The notes: a model not told the origin generated them from the letters alone. Shown: positions 7,756 through 17,556, counted from the stretch's first letter. The stretch is 64,000 bases of DNA from Bacillota bacterium (GCA_021846565.1 JAJZWS010000002.1:21612-85611), one strand, 5' to 3'. Numbers and translations are program-made.

Positions 7756-8520
7756 TCATCCCGAGTCCCGGAGGACCGTCGCCAGGAGCACCACCAGGGG
7801 GCCCACAGCACTCAGCCCCGAGTACCAGAGCGATGCCATGGGGTCGCATGCGCAGCGAGGCTCTGCTGCGACGTCTGCGAGCTGGGGGTGTACTGGGTGT
7901 AATACCCCAGCACCATGGGACCGACCGCGCGGGCGGACGGGGGAGGCGTCGGCGATTGGGGCGCGGGACGCTTGGGGGCGGGCGCGGGCGCGGATGCCTG
8001 CGGATTTCCCGGTGCACCCCACGCCGGCGGGGTGTCGCCCAATTGGCGAAGCACCGCGTCACGGGTCCGTTCGTTGACGGCCTCGATGACCACCAGGCGG
8101 TTGCGGCGCTGGAACGCCATGACGGCTTTACCGGTCTCTCGTCAAAAATTCCGTTCGCGGGCCCGGGGTGGTATCCGAGTTGGGTGAGGTCGCGCTGGAG
8201 CGTCTGCACGGCTGGCCCCGCATCCCCCAGCGACAGGCGCGGGGGGCCAGGGCCCCCGAGAGGGGCGTGAACCGCCCGCCTCCCTGGGCATCCTGCTCCC
8301 GCCCGTGCGTGGAGTGAAACCGGACCACTGCGGCTGGTCTGCGCGGTCCTAATCGCCCCTCGACGCCACGCGTCCTGTAGCCGAGATTAGTCAAGGTTGC
8401 GTGCACAATGGCCACCGGGATTCCCCGGCTGCTCGGCGGGTACAGTCCAGCCGCATTCGTCGCGACGGCCGCGGCGGCCATCATGATGCCGGCTGTGGCC
8501 CATCGGACAGGGATTGTCAT
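7756..8520 (-). pseudogene. secreted protein with two peptidoglycan-binding repeats and the start of a GH18-like domain, frameshifted and truncated
   Basis: Signal-like MTIPVRWATAGIMMAAAAVA. PG_binding-type repeats (LTNLGY..GRLGP..AVVRF and LGDAGPAVQTLQRDLTQLGY..GIFDE / GKAVMAFQRRNRL). Then MVLGYYTQY.. The pieces lie in at least three different frames and end before a full catalytic domain. Confidence 0.55.
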
Positions 8521-8900
8521 TAATCCGGGCTGCCCCTTCCAGTGCGAACGGTGATGTGAGTCCGGGGGCGCGCCGGCCAGACGCTCCCCGAGGAAAGCCT
8601 GCACCCAAAGGTTCCTCCGTGTCAGACAGCCCAATGCCGACTGGCAATGTTGGTGAGACTTTGCGCAGGTGCCTGTCCGAGGCGATAAAGGATGCTATAC
8701 CTGTTACCCGGGGAGGACGCCGCTGGGGGACGAGGACGGGTCGTGGGCGCATCGGCCCAGATTCTGGCGCCGGGTCGACCAATGTTGGGGCCCGATGGGG
8801 CGCCACACCAGGGTTTCCTGTACAATCAACGATGCTGTACTATTCGCGGACGGGATCCATCGGGCGCCACGCCACCCACCGGGTGGGGAAGGGAGAACCT

Positions 8901-10874
8901 GTGCGCGACTGGATGCAGCCTTGGACCAGATTCGACATGCACCGCGTGTTGTTTTTGGTCCGCGTGGTGGTCTGGATCGGTGCGGGCTTCTTTGCGTTTG
9001 GCTCGCACGAGGACGGATGGGTGTGGCTCGGGGCGGCCCTCGCGCTGGGTGGCGGCGCCATCGCCGTGCGGGTGTGGGACTACTCCACCTGGAACCGTGC
9101 GGCGATTGGGATGGATGTGGTGGCCATTACCCTGGCGGTGCGTCTGAGTGGGGGCGTGTCCGGCGACACTTGGGTGCTTTACGGCGGGGAGGCGCTGGCA
9201 CTCACCACGTACGGGTCGCTCCGGTGGACCGCCATCGGCAGTGCTGTCATGATTGGCGCTTTCGCGGTGGGCGCCTGGCCGCGCACCGCGAGCGCGGCCT
9301 TTGCCTTTGAAGCCGCCGTGCTCGCGGTGTTCATCCTGAGCGCGGGCATGCTGGGGCGCGGGTTCGTCCTGCAGCAGCAGCATGTGCGCGAGGACCGTCG
9401 CCGCCTGATGCAGTTGGATAATCTGCGCGTGATCCAGGAGAACCTGCTGCGCGAGGCGCCGCTGGAGGTGCTGTTGCAGAATCTGCTGCGGCAGGGCTTG
9501 CAGCTGGTCGGGCTGGACTACGGGTACATCGGCGTGCCGGTGGGGCATGGCCAGATGCAGATGGTGACGCAGTTGGGGTTTCCGGAGCGGGGATCCAACC
9601 GCGCGTGGGACATCGCCACGTCGGAGCCCACCGCGACGGCGGTGCGGGTGGGGGATCTGGTGGTGCACAACGCTGTGGCGGCGGCCGACCTGGACGAGCC
9701 GCATATGGAAGACTTCGGCAGCGTCGCCGTCGCACCGCTGTACGACGGGCGGGCGCTGCTGGGAGTGCTGGCCGTGGGCAGTCCCGAGCCTGACATGATC
9801 ACCGCCGAGGTGGCTCCGCTGGTCACGGCCCTGGGCACGCTGGCAGCGGGTCAGATTCGCTATGACCGTGAGCGGGCGGAGTCCCGCAAGCGCGGCCGGC
9901 TTCTGACGACCCTGGAGCGCGTGGGGCGGCTCATGAACAGCAACCTTCAGATGAAGCTCTTGCTACCCACCCTGCACCAGACGGTCGCTGAGGAACTCCA
10001 GATTGACAGCTTCGTGGTCATGCTGACGATTCCGCACGACCCGGGTCAGGTGTACATGGCGTACCTCTTTGACGACGGCAAGCGCTATCCGTCGGAGGTG
10101 CTGCCGTTACCGGAAACTGGTCCCACGGCCGAAGTGATTCGCTCCGGCGAGGCACGGCGGTTTGAGGGGGTGCCGAGCGGCGCCGGAACCATTGGGTCGT
10201 CGAAGGAAGTGGTGGGCATGCTGGTGGCGCCCTTGCGGCACGAGTCGCGAGTCATTGGCGCGATTAGCGCCCAAAGCTATCGCGCGACCTACGACCAGGA
10301 CCACCTGGACTTTTTATCAGCGGTCGCGAGCCAGGCCGCCATTGCAATTGAAAACGCCCAACTGTACCAGCAGACGGAGGAGATTGCCCTGACCGACCAC
10401 ATGACCGGGCTGGGCAACTCGCGCCGGTTTCAGGCCGCGCTCGGACAGATGCTGGAGCAGGCGGATGCCGAGGAGCATCCGCTGGCCCTCCTGATGATCG
10501 ACTCCGACTCGCTGAAGCGGGTCAACGACCAGCATGGCCACAAGGCCGGCGATGCCCACATTCTGCAGCTGGCGCGCGCGATCAGCGGCAACGTGCGGAA
10601 CGGCGACGTGGCGTGCCGCTATGCGGGCGATGAGTTTGTGGTCATTCTGCCCGAGACGCCGCTGGCCGCAGCCGAACGCGTCGGGGAACGCATTCGGCAA
10701 GCCGTGGCCGAAGGGTTTGTTTGGGACGATGGGGCGCACGTGGCTACCTCGGTCAGCATCGGCGTGGCGCCCTATCTGAACGGCATGACCATGGAAGGCT
10801 TGTTCAGCCGGGCGGACCAGGCGATGTACCGCGCCAAGCAGGGTGGCCGCAATCAGGTCATGGTGATGCAGTAG
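8901..10874 (+). CDS. membrane-anchored diguanylate cyclase-family protein (TM region, two GAF-like domains, GGDEF domain with AGDEF motif)
   Basis: Start GTG at 8901 follows AAGGGAG. Hydrophobic N-terminus. C-terminus has LTGLGNSRRF, LKRVNDQHGHKAGD, RNGD (RxxD I-site) then RYAGDEFVVIL. The ORF-track extension from 8514 is rejected. Confidence 0.85.
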   Translation: MRDWMQPWTRFDMHRVLFLVRVVVWIGAGFFAFGSHEDGWVWLGAALALGGGAIAVRVWDYSTWNRAAIGMDVVAITLAVRLSGGVSGDTWVLYGGEALALTTYGSLRWTAIGSAVMIGAFAVGAWPRTASAAFAFEAAVLAVFILSAGMLGRGFVLQQQHVREDRRRLMQLDNLRVIQENLLREAPLEVLLQNLLRQGLQLVGLDYGYIGVPVGHGQMQMVTQLGFPERGSNRAWDIATSEPTATAVRVGDLVVHNAVAAADLDEPHMEDFGSVAVAPLYDGRALLGVLAVGSPEPDMITAEVAPLVTALGTLAAGQIRYDRERAESRKRGRLLTTLERVGRLMNSNLQMKLLLPTLHQTVAEELQIDSFVVMLTIPHDPGQVYMAYLFDDGKRYPSEVLPLPETGPTAEVIRSGEARRFEGVPSGAGTIGSSKEVVGMLVAPLRHESRVIGAISAQSYRATYDQDHLDFLSAVASQAAIAIENAQLYQQTEEIALTDHMTGLGNSRRFQAALGQMLEQADAEEHPLALLMIDSDSLKRVNDQHGHKAGDAHILQLARAISGNVRNGDVACRYAGDEFVVILPETPLAAAERVGERIRQAVAEGFVWDDGAHVATSVSIGVAPYLNGMTMEGLFSRADQAMYRAKQGGRNQVMVMQ

Positions 10875-11033
10875 GGGCATGGTGCGCCGCGAATATGACT
10901 GGGCGCCTCCTGTCGAAGCACTTCTGAGCAGCTCCCTTGACGGAGACGAAGGGGCCGCCGACTTGCGGGTCGCGCGCCTTGAGACTCGGTTCGTGCCGGT
11001 CTTTATCGTAGACTGGCCGACAGGGGGGATGAC

Positions 11034-12053
11034 ATGGGTGCTCGCTGGCCAACGGTGTCGGTGCTGCTGGTGGGGGCAGGGACGATGGGCCGCGTTCATG
11101 GGGAGGCCTGGGCCCGCATGCAGGAGCGGGGCCGGGGCATCCGGGTGGTGGGGGTCGTGGATCCCGATATCAACGGGTCCCGTCTGGCCGCCGACCTCAA
11201 CGTCTCGCACTGGGCGTCGTGGGAGGACGCGCCACTGGGGGATGTGGATGTGGTGGACGTGGCCAGTCCGACCCCGACGCACGGCGAGTACGTGGAGGCG
11301 GCGGCCGCGGCGGGCAAGGCGGTCCTGTGCGAGAAGCCGCTGGCGCTCACCGTGGATGCGGCCGAGACCATGGCCGCGGCCGTAAGCCGCGCGGGGGTTC
11401 GGCTGGCCGTGGGCCACGTGGTGCGCTTCTTCCCCGCCTATCGCCGCGCCCACGACCTCGTGATGTCGGGGGACATCGGCCCCGTGGCGGTGGCGCGGCT
11501 CTACCGCGGGGGGGCCTTTCCCCGGGGTCACCGCGATTGGTACCAAGACCGTGCGCAGAGCGGGGGCCCGCTGGTGGATCTGTCCCTGCATGACTTTGAC
11601 TTTTTGCTCTGGACCTTTGGCGCGCCGGCCACCGTGTTTGCCCAGGAGATTGACCTGCCGGGGCCCTCGCCGCTGATGTATGCGGCCGCCACCGTGCGGT
11701 TCGAAAGCGGCCTTTTGGCCGAAGTGGTGGGCAGTTGGGCCGGAACCCGCTTCGGGACGCGGTTTGAGCTGGTGGGCACCGACGGCCTATTGGCGCACGA
11801 CAGCTTTAGGGACGAGACCCTGATGCTGTCCCGACGCCAAGGGGTGGACCGGCCTCGGAACGTGGTCGTGCCCAGTGCCGGTCCGGTGGACAATCCGTGG
11901 GACCTGGAACTGACCGACATTGTGGACGCATTGGTCCAGGACCGGCCGTTTGAAGCCAGTGTTCCCGAAGCGATCGCGGCGATTCGCCTCGCCACGGAGG
12001 CCAGGCAGTCGGCGGCCTCGGGCCGTGTGGTGACTTGCGGAGCACCCCAGTGA
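11034..12053 (+). CDS. Gfo/Idh/MocA family oxidoreductase
   Basis: N-terminal Rossmann motif VLLVGAGTMGRVH. Contains EKPLALT, typical of the family. Confidence 0.85.
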   Translation: MGARWPTVSVLLVGAGTMGRVHGEAWARMQERGRGIRVVGVVDPDINGSRLAADLNVSHWASWEDAPLGDVDVVDVASPTPTHGEYVEAAAAAGKAVLCEKPLALTVDAAETMAAAVSRAGVRLAVGHVVRFFPAYRRAHDLVMSGDIGPVAVARLYRGGAFPRGHRDWYQDRAQSGGPLVDLSLHDFDFLLWTFGAPATVFAQEIDLPGPSPLMYAAATVRFESGLLAEVVGSWAGTRFGTRFELVGTDGLLAHDSFRDETLMLSRRQGVDRPRNVVVPSAGPVDNPWDLELTDIVDALVQDRPFEASVPEAIAAIRLATEARQSAASGRVVTCGAPQ

Positions 12054-13069
12054 TCGGCGGTGCCCGGACGTCGGCGGCTCGGATCCGGGTCGGGCTTTTT
12101 TCCGCCGCCCACATGCACTTTGACTCGTATGCGGCCTTGTTGGGCGCCCGGCCGGACGTGGAGCTTGTCGGGGTGACCGACAGCGACGCGGCGCGGGGGC
12201 AGGCGGCGGCTCAGCGGCTGCACCTGCCCTGGGTGGCGCTCCCCGAAACTTTGGTGGCCCGGTCTGAGGTGGCCGTGGTGACCGCGGAAAACGTCCACCA
12301 TCGACGGTACGTGGAGCTGGCGGGGCGGGCAGGCCTGACGGTCCTGTGTGAGAAGCCGCTGGCCACCACGCTGGCGGATGCGGATGCCATGCTGGAAGCC
12401 ACGGCGAGCGGTGGCGGCCATCTGTATGCGGCACTCCCCGTACGCGGGCTGCCGGCGGTGGGCCGCCTCCGGCAGCTCGTGCAGAGCGGGCAGCTGGGCC
12501 GCATTCTGGCGATGGCGGGCAGCAACCACGGGCAGCTGCCGCCAGGGTGGTTCCTGGACCCCGCCCTGTCGGGTGGCGGGGCCGTCATGGATCACGTGAG
12601 CCATGTCGCCGACATGATGCGCTGGGTGCTGGCGGACGAGGTGGCGCGCGTGTACGCCCTGGCGTCCAACCGCATCAACGGTACGGCGGTGGAAGACGCC
12701 GCCCTGATGCAGTTCACGTTTCGCGGGGGGACGGTCGCGACGCTGGATCCCTCGTGGTCGCGCCCTCGGGGATTTCCCACGTGGGGCGACGTGCGGCTGG
12801 ACGTGGTGGGCACCGCCGGCGTGGCGGCGCTGGACCCATGGGCCGAGCAGTTGGAGTGGTTTCGCAGTCGTCCGGCGGTCCACCGGGTGGCACCCTACGG
12901 TCCGGACATGGATGCGCTCCTCATTGATCGCTTTGTCGTCGCGGCGGCTGGCGGACCGGTGGCCCCCGAGTTGGCCACCGGTCAGGACGGCCGCGCCGCA
13001 ACGGCCGTGACGCTGGCTGCGTATGATTCCATAAGATTGGAACGCCCGGTCGACATCGCGGTCGTTTAA
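12035..13069 (+). CDS. Gfo/Idh/MocA family oxidoreductase (second copy; start may be the GTG at 12050)
   Basis: RVGLFSAAHMHFDSY and CEKPLATT. Overlaps the upstream paralogue's stop (GTGA overlap if the start is 12050). Confidence 0.8.
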   Translation: MRSTPVIGGARTSAARIRVGLFSAAHMHFDSYAALLGARPDVELVGVTDSDAARGQAAAQRLHLPWVALPETLVARSEVAVVTAENVHHRRYVELAGRAGLTVLCEKPLATTLADADAMLEATASGGGHLYAALPVRGLPAVGRLRQLVQSGQLGRILAMAGSNHGQLPPGWFLDPALSGGGAVMDHVSHVADMMRWVLADEVARVYALASNRINGTAVEDAALMQFTFRGGTVATLDPSWSRPRGFPTWGDVRLDVVGTAGVAALDPWAEQLEWFRSRPAVHRVAPYGPDMDALLIDRFVVAAAGGPVAPELATGQDGRAATAVTLAAYDSIRLERPVDIAVV

Positions 13070-13094
13070 AAGTCGGCCGAGACCTACGCGACGC

Positions 13095-13124
13095 TTGACG
13101 GCGTAGCTGGCGGCCGGCTATACT
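13095..13124 (+). promoter_or_regulatory. promoter of the tRNA array: TTGACG, 18 nt, TATACT
   Basis: TTGACG at 13095-13100, TATACT at 13119-13124, about 40 nt before the first tRNA. Confidence 0.45.
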
Positions 13125-13165
13125 AGCAAAGCGGTCGGCCGTCTTGTCGTGCCGCGGGGTGATGC

Positions 13166-13241
13166 GGGGATGTAGCTCAGTTGGTAGAGCGCGTGAATGG
13201 CATTCACGAGGTCAGGGGTTCGACCCCCCTCATCTCCACCA
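13166..13241 (+). tRNA. tRNA-Ala (GGC)
   Basis: Hand-folded cloverleaf. Acceptor GGGGATG/CATCTCC includes G3:U70. Anticodon loop ATGGCAT. T-loop TTCGACC. CCA is encoded. Confidence 0.9.
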
Positions 13242-13246
13242 GATTT

Positions 13247-13322
13247 GGCCCCATGGTCTAGAGGCCTAGGACACCACTCTTTCAAGGTGGTAACCCGGGT
13301 TCGAATCCCGGTGGGGCCACCA
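13247..13322 (+). tRNA. tRNA-Glu (UUC)
   Basis: Acceptor GGCCCCA/TGGGGCC. Anticodon loop CTTTCAA. TTCGAAT T-loop. CCA is encoded. Confidence 0.9.
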
Positions 13323-13330
13323 GCTTGTGG

Positions 13331-13407
13331 GGGCCATTAGCTCAGTTGGTTAGAGCATCCGCCTTTTAAGCGGAGTGTCGAAGGTTCGAATCCTTCATGG
13401 CCCACCA
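13331..13407 (+). tRNA. tRNA-Lys (UUU)
   Basis: Acceptor GGGCCAT/ATGGCCC. Anticodon stem TCCGC/GCGGA with loop CTTTTAA. CCA is encoded. Confidence 0.9.
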
Positions 13408-13443
13408 GTCCCGTTTGTGCTAGAATCCAGTTTAGAGCGTCGC

Positions 13444-13519
13444 AGGCCAGTAGCTCCAATGGTAGAGCAGCGGTCTCCAAAACCGCGGGTTGGGGGTTCG
13501 AGTCCCTCCTGGCCTGCCA
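13444..13519 (+). tRNA. tRNA-Trp (CCA)
   Basis: Acceptor AGGCCAG/CTGGCCT. Anticodon stem GCGGT/ACCGC with loop CTCCAAA. CCA is encoded. An extended -10-like TGCTAGAAT lies at 13418-13426 just upstream. Confidence 0.9.
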
Positions 13520-13569
13520 ATTTGTTTCACCGCCCCCGGGCGAGGCGCCCCGATAGGGCAGTTTTTGTG

Positions 13570-13644
<75 letters not shown>

Positions 13645-13664
13645 TGACCTTGAACCAGAGGAGC

Positions 13665-13740
13665 GGGGCGGTAGCTCAGTTGGTAGAGCACCAGCTTTGC
13701 ACGTTGGGGGTCAGGGGTTCGAATCCCCTCCGCTCCACCA
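13665..13740 (+). tRNA. tRNA-Ala (UGC)
   Basis: Acceptor GGGGCGG/CCGCTCC with G3:U70. Anticodon loop TTTGCAC. CCA is encoded. Confidence 0.9.
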
Positions 13741-13750
13741 AAAATTTTGT

Positions 13751-13825
13751 TGGGGAGTCGCCAAGCGGTAAGGCACCGGCCTTTGGAGCCGGCATTCGCA
13801 GGTTCGAATCCTGCCTCCCCAGCCA
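13751..13825 (+). tRNA. tRNA-Pro (UGG)
   Basis: Acceptor TGGGGAG/CTCCCCA. Anticodon stem CCGGC/GCCGG with loop CTTTGGA. CCA is encoded. Confidence 0.85.
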
Positions 13826-13928
13826 ATTCTTTGGGCACCCGGTGGCTCGCCAGCGGCGCCGAAATGTGACCGCATCAGCGGTCGGGCCTGCAAGCCCGGT
13901 GCGGACACTACGATGGACCCGAAAGGCG

Positions 13929-14458
13929 GTGCACGATCCCGACGGCGAGGCGTGGCTTGCCTGCATTGCCGAAGGCGGTCAGGATGCCAGGATGCGGTTT
14001 TACGACCGATGCGTTGGGCGGGTGGCGGCTCTTGTCGGCGCACGACCCCGCCGCAGGTCGGCAGATGAAGTCATTCAAGAGGTGTTCTTGATGGTGGGGC
14101 GGTCTGCGGCCCGTGCTGATGCAGAGCGCTCTGGGGTGGCCACGTGGCGTTTGGTGATGGCCCGGAGCCGATCGGTGGATGTGCTCCGCAGGGCGCGCCG
14201 CACCGCAGCCGGGGATTCGTGGGAGGATGTGGTGGTGCCGCCGACGGCACCGGACGTCAGGAGCAGGATGCCGTCCGCCACGCGGTGGTCGACCTCGCGG
14301 CGCATCAGCGGGAGGCACGCACCATGGTGTACCGGGAAGGCTTGTCGGGTCAGGCGGTGCTGCGCCAGCGGGTGCCGCTGGGCATCCTGAAAACTTGTTG
14401 GCGACTGGGGCTGGCCAAATTGCGGGACGTGCCGGGGGCTGAATCCGATGCATCATGA
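13929..14458 (+). pseudogene. ECF (sigma-70 family) sigma factor, frameshifted between regions 2 and 4
   Basis: Region 2 (DEVIQEVFLMVGRSAA..VATWRLVMARSRSVDVLRR) is in one frame. Region 4 (REARTMVYREGLSGQAV..VPLGILKTCWRLGLAKLRD) is in another. The break is near 14255-14265. Confidence 0.6.
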
Positions 14459-14953
14459 GGCATGCCGCGACAGCCTGCCGCTGTGGGTGGCCGGGGCTCG
14501 CGGGCCGGTGGAAGCCCAGGCTGTGCAACAGCATTTGGCGGCGTGCGGCGCCTGCAGGGTGGAGCGGGGTACCCTCACCACCGCCGTCGATGAGTGTGCC
14601 ACGGCGGCGGCCGCCCCGGATTGAACCGATCATGCGGCCATGCGGGCCGCCTTTCCGGTGGTCGACTGGCGCCCGTGCGACCGCGGGTCCGCTCACGCAC
14701 CTGCGCGGTGCTGTGGGCGGTGGGGTATCGGCTCTCCCATCGTGTGGGTGCGCCGCCTGCCGCCGCTCGCCTCCGGCCAAACCTCCGAGGGCCGGTGGAT
14801 TGTGAACGGCAAGCCGGTGGCGGCCAGCACCTTTGGTCAGGGCCGCATCTGCTGACGCGGCCCCTGGCCGCCCGTGCGTTCGCCATTACGGTGGAACCCA
14901 CGGGCGGCACGAGCCGGCCCCCCACCCCCGTGCTGACCAGTACACCCATATGA
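14448..14953 (+). pseudogene. anti-sigma factor (zf-HC2 N-terminus plus RskA-like C-terminus), fragmented
   Basis: A 58-codon ORF (14448-14624) carries HLAACGAC (H-x3-C-x2-C) and overlaps the sigma gene end. RskA-like pieces (VWVRRLP..GKPVAASTF and FAITVEPTGGTSRPPTPVL) lie in two other frames. Confidence 0.5.
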
Positions 14954-14967
14954 GCAGGAGGTCCTGA

Positions 14968-16074
14968 ATGGCGAATGAACCTGGGGGGCCGCCGCCCGCC
15001 GCCACGCTGATGGCGCTCCGCGAGGAGTGCAACCGCTTTCTGAACGGCCACGGCTACCGCCGGGCTGGGGATTTTCTCGCCATGATTCCCGCCGACGTGG
15101 AGATGGACCGCTACGGACAGGGCGGCGTGGTGGCCGCGTTCGAACAGGAGGTGGCCCGGCTGCTGGGCAAAGAGGCCGCCCTGTTTGTGCCCAGTGGCAC
15201 CATGGCGCAGCAGACCACGCTTCGAGTGCACGCCGACCGGCACGGCCGGCGCGGGGTGGTCTTTCATCCCCACTGCCACTTGGACTGGCACGAAGAGAGG
15301 GGCTACGAGCGGCTCCATCACCTGCATGGCCTGCCAGCCGGCCGCCTGGGTGTGCCCTTAACCCTGGAGGACCTGGAGCAGGTGGCCGAGCCGCCGGCCG
15401 CCCTTCTGCTGGAACTGCCCCAGCGGAACCTGGGGGGGACGCTGCCCAGCTGGGACGCGCTGGTGGCCCAGACCCAGTGGGCTCGTACCCGCGGCGCGGC
15501 GGTGCACATGGATGGCGCTCGCCTTTGGGAGGCGTTGCCCTTTTACGAGCGGTCGGCGTCTCAGGTGGCGGCTCTCTTTGATACGGTCTACGTATCGTTC
15601 TACAAGGGGTTGGGCGGCATCGCGGGGTCGGCGGTGGCGGGGCCGGCCGAGCTCGTGGCGGAGATCGCCCAGTGGCGCACGCGCCACGGCGGACGTCTGG
15701 TGGCGCTTTGGCCCTACGCCGCCGCGGCGCGCAGTGCGCTCGCCCAGCGGCTTTCCAAGATGCCCCAATACTATGCCCATGCGCGAGCTGTGGCTGGCGC
15801 GCTCGAGGGGCTTCCCGGCGTGGAGGTGACGCCCAATCCACCGGTGTCGCCCATGATGCATGTCCTGCTGCCCGGGACGGCGGGCGATCTGGCCACCCGC
15901 GCGGCCGTCCTGGCCGCCCGCGAGCACGTGTGGACGTTTGCCCAGCCGTTCGCCAGCGACTCGCCGCATCGCCAGCGCATTGAGTTTTCGGTGGGCGACG
16001 CCACGCTCGGCTGTGCGCCGAGTGAGGTGCGGCGCTGGTTGGCTGAGCTGGCCGGGCTCCCGCCCGGGGCCTGA
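14968..16074 (+). CDS. threonine aldolase / beta-eliminating lyase family PLP enzyme
   Basis: DRYGQGGVV..FEQEVARLLGKEAALFVPSGTMAQQ. SFYKGLGG provides the candidate PLP lysine. AGGAGG RBS. Confidence 0.8.
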   Translation: MANEPGGPPPAATLMALREECNRFLNGHGYRRAGDFLAMIPADVEMDRYGQGGVVAAFEQEVARLLGKEAALFVPSGTMAQQTTLRVHADRHGRRGVVFHPHCHLDWHEERGYERLHHLHGLPAGRLGVPLTLEDLEQVAEPPAALLLELPQRNLGGTLPSWDALVAQTQWARTRGAAVHMDGARLWEALPFYERSASQVAALFDTVYVSFYKGLGGIAGSAVAGPAELVAEIAQWRTRHGGRLVALWPYAAAARSALAQRLSKMPQYYAHARAVAGALEGLPGVEVTPNPPVSPMMHVLLPGTAGDLATRAAVLAAREHVWTFAQPFASDSPHRQRIEFSVGDATLGCAPSEVRRWLAELAGLPPGA

Positions 16075-16222
16075 CGGTCACCGCCCCGGCCCACCCCCGC
16101 CCGCTGACGGGGGTGAGCTTTGGCTGTCCCCGGGTATCGGGCGCAGACCCACAGGAGCTCGATCCACGTATCCTCCGGCATCCAGCAAGGCGTTCGTCCC
16201 CACGAGAGGGCAGAGGCGAACG

Positions 16223-16895
16223 ATGCGAGACGACACCCGCAGGTGGTTTCGGTGGAGATTGGGGGCGCTCTGGTTGCTGGACGGGGTGCGGCCGCTGTAA
16301 CCGGTCATGTTTGATCGAGCGGTGCCTCGCATGTTTGTGGCCAGCGCAGGCGGCTCCCCGACTTGGGTCGTCGCCCGCGTTGGCTCGGGCTCCTGCGCTG
16401 GCCAATGGCGGCGCCGTGGCGGCGCACGTGGGCATCGGGGTGCTCATCCTGATGCCCAACCGGGTGCGGTGGCAGTGGGGATTGCGGTTCTCCATGGTCT
16501 GGGGGGCCGTGGTGTGGATGTTCGGCGAGGCATTCGGCGGGATCCTGGCACCCGGCGCCAGTGTGTGGACGGGCGCGGCGGGACCCGTGCTGATTTATGT
16601 GCTAGGCGCGTCGCTGCTGCTCTGGCCCGACGCCTGGAAGGAGCGACGGGCAGCCATGCCGCAGCCCACTGTGTTGTCGGATCCCGTGGCACACGTCCGC
16701 GGCCGCGCGGCCGCTGTGGCGGCTGCGGGTGATCCTGAATCGCGTCCCGGCCGGGAGGGAGGCGCGCGCGGCGCGGCATGGGACCCCGGCGAGGCCCCTG
16801 CCACACCGCCAACGGCCGTCCGTCATTCGGGGGAGGGCGTCAGCGGGCCCAGTGCGTGCAGCTGCCGCAACAGCTTCTGGCGAAACGGCAGGTGA
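16223..16895 (+). pseudogene. integral membrane protein with an in-frame TAA and a frameshift
   Basis: MRDDTRRWFRWRLGALWLLDGVRPL, then TAA (16298-16300), then PVMFDRAVPRMFVASAGG continues in the same frame. The hydrophobic remainder (HVGIGVLILMP..MVWGAVVWMFGEAFGG..LIYVLGASLLLWP) is in another frame. Confidence 0.45.
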
Positions 16896-17125
16896 TCCTT
16901 CGCCAGCCGAACCGCGAGTCGGGCCACCAACAACTCTGCCAGATCATTGTTGCTGTCCGGTCCGGATACCAAGAGGTCGGCTGTCATTTCGGCACCCAAA
17001 TCGGCCAGGAGGTCTCGTCCGCGTTCTGAAGCCAGAAACCGATGGAGCATGTCTTCCATCCGTGGCTCCAGGTGTCGAATGACGCGCGCCGCCATGTATC
17101 GTTCGACCCGTTCTGTCGGTCCCAT
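16823..17125 (-). CDS. hypothetical protein (100 aa)
   Basis: MGPTERVERYMAARVIRHLEPRMEDMLHRF... RBS AAAGGGG lies about 8 nt upstream of the ATG at 17125. No family recognised. Confidence 0.45.
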   Translation of the reverse strand: MGPTERVERYMAARVIRHLEPRMEDMLHRFLASERGRDLLADLGAEMTADLLVSGPDSNNDLAELLVARLAVRLAKDHLPFRQKLLRQLHALGPLTPSPE

Positions 17126-17556
17126 TGGGATCGCCCCTTTTGTTTCGCGCCAGCGAGGCGCCTGTCTGCTGTAACGGTACCAGAACGGTGTTCGACACGC
17201 AGGACGCGTCGTACCGCCTTCCCACGCCCGTCTGCTGTCGAGTCCAAGCGTTGGATCAAGCGGGTCCTGATCCAGCGCGGTCTGGCAGGAGTGACGATGG
17301 CGGGCGTTGCTCTGACGATGGCCGCGGCGCCGGGCGTCCAGCAGTTCAAGCAGATGGGGGCCGGCCATTTCAATGACGTCGGTAAACTACGTGGGGGCGA
17401 CCAAAGCCGGCAACAGCGCTGGCCAAAACGCGGCGGTGACGGCACTCGGACAGTAAAAGGCGCAGTTCGTGTTTTTGGCGGGAGCGGATCCGCACGTAAA
17501 CGCGGTCCAGGGCCAAACGCTCCGTGTCGGTTCATGGATGGGTTCGACGCAGATTG

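Noticed and set aside
8514-8900. N-terminal extension of the GGDEF ORF
   Set aside because: It overlaps the start of the divergent cell-wall pseudogene and is low complexity. An RBS-supported GTG at 8901 precedes the first TM segment.
10317-12883. Long minus-strand ORFs (10317-11591 and 11528-12883)
   Set aside because: They are antisense to the GGDEF 3' end and the two Gfo/Idh/MocA genes, with shadow-frame composition.
14837-16495. 552-aa ORF on the minus strand
   Set aside because: It is antisense to the well-supported threonine-aldolase-family gene. The translation is Pro/Arg/Ala/Gly-rich low complexity, typical of shadow ORFs in high-GC DNA.
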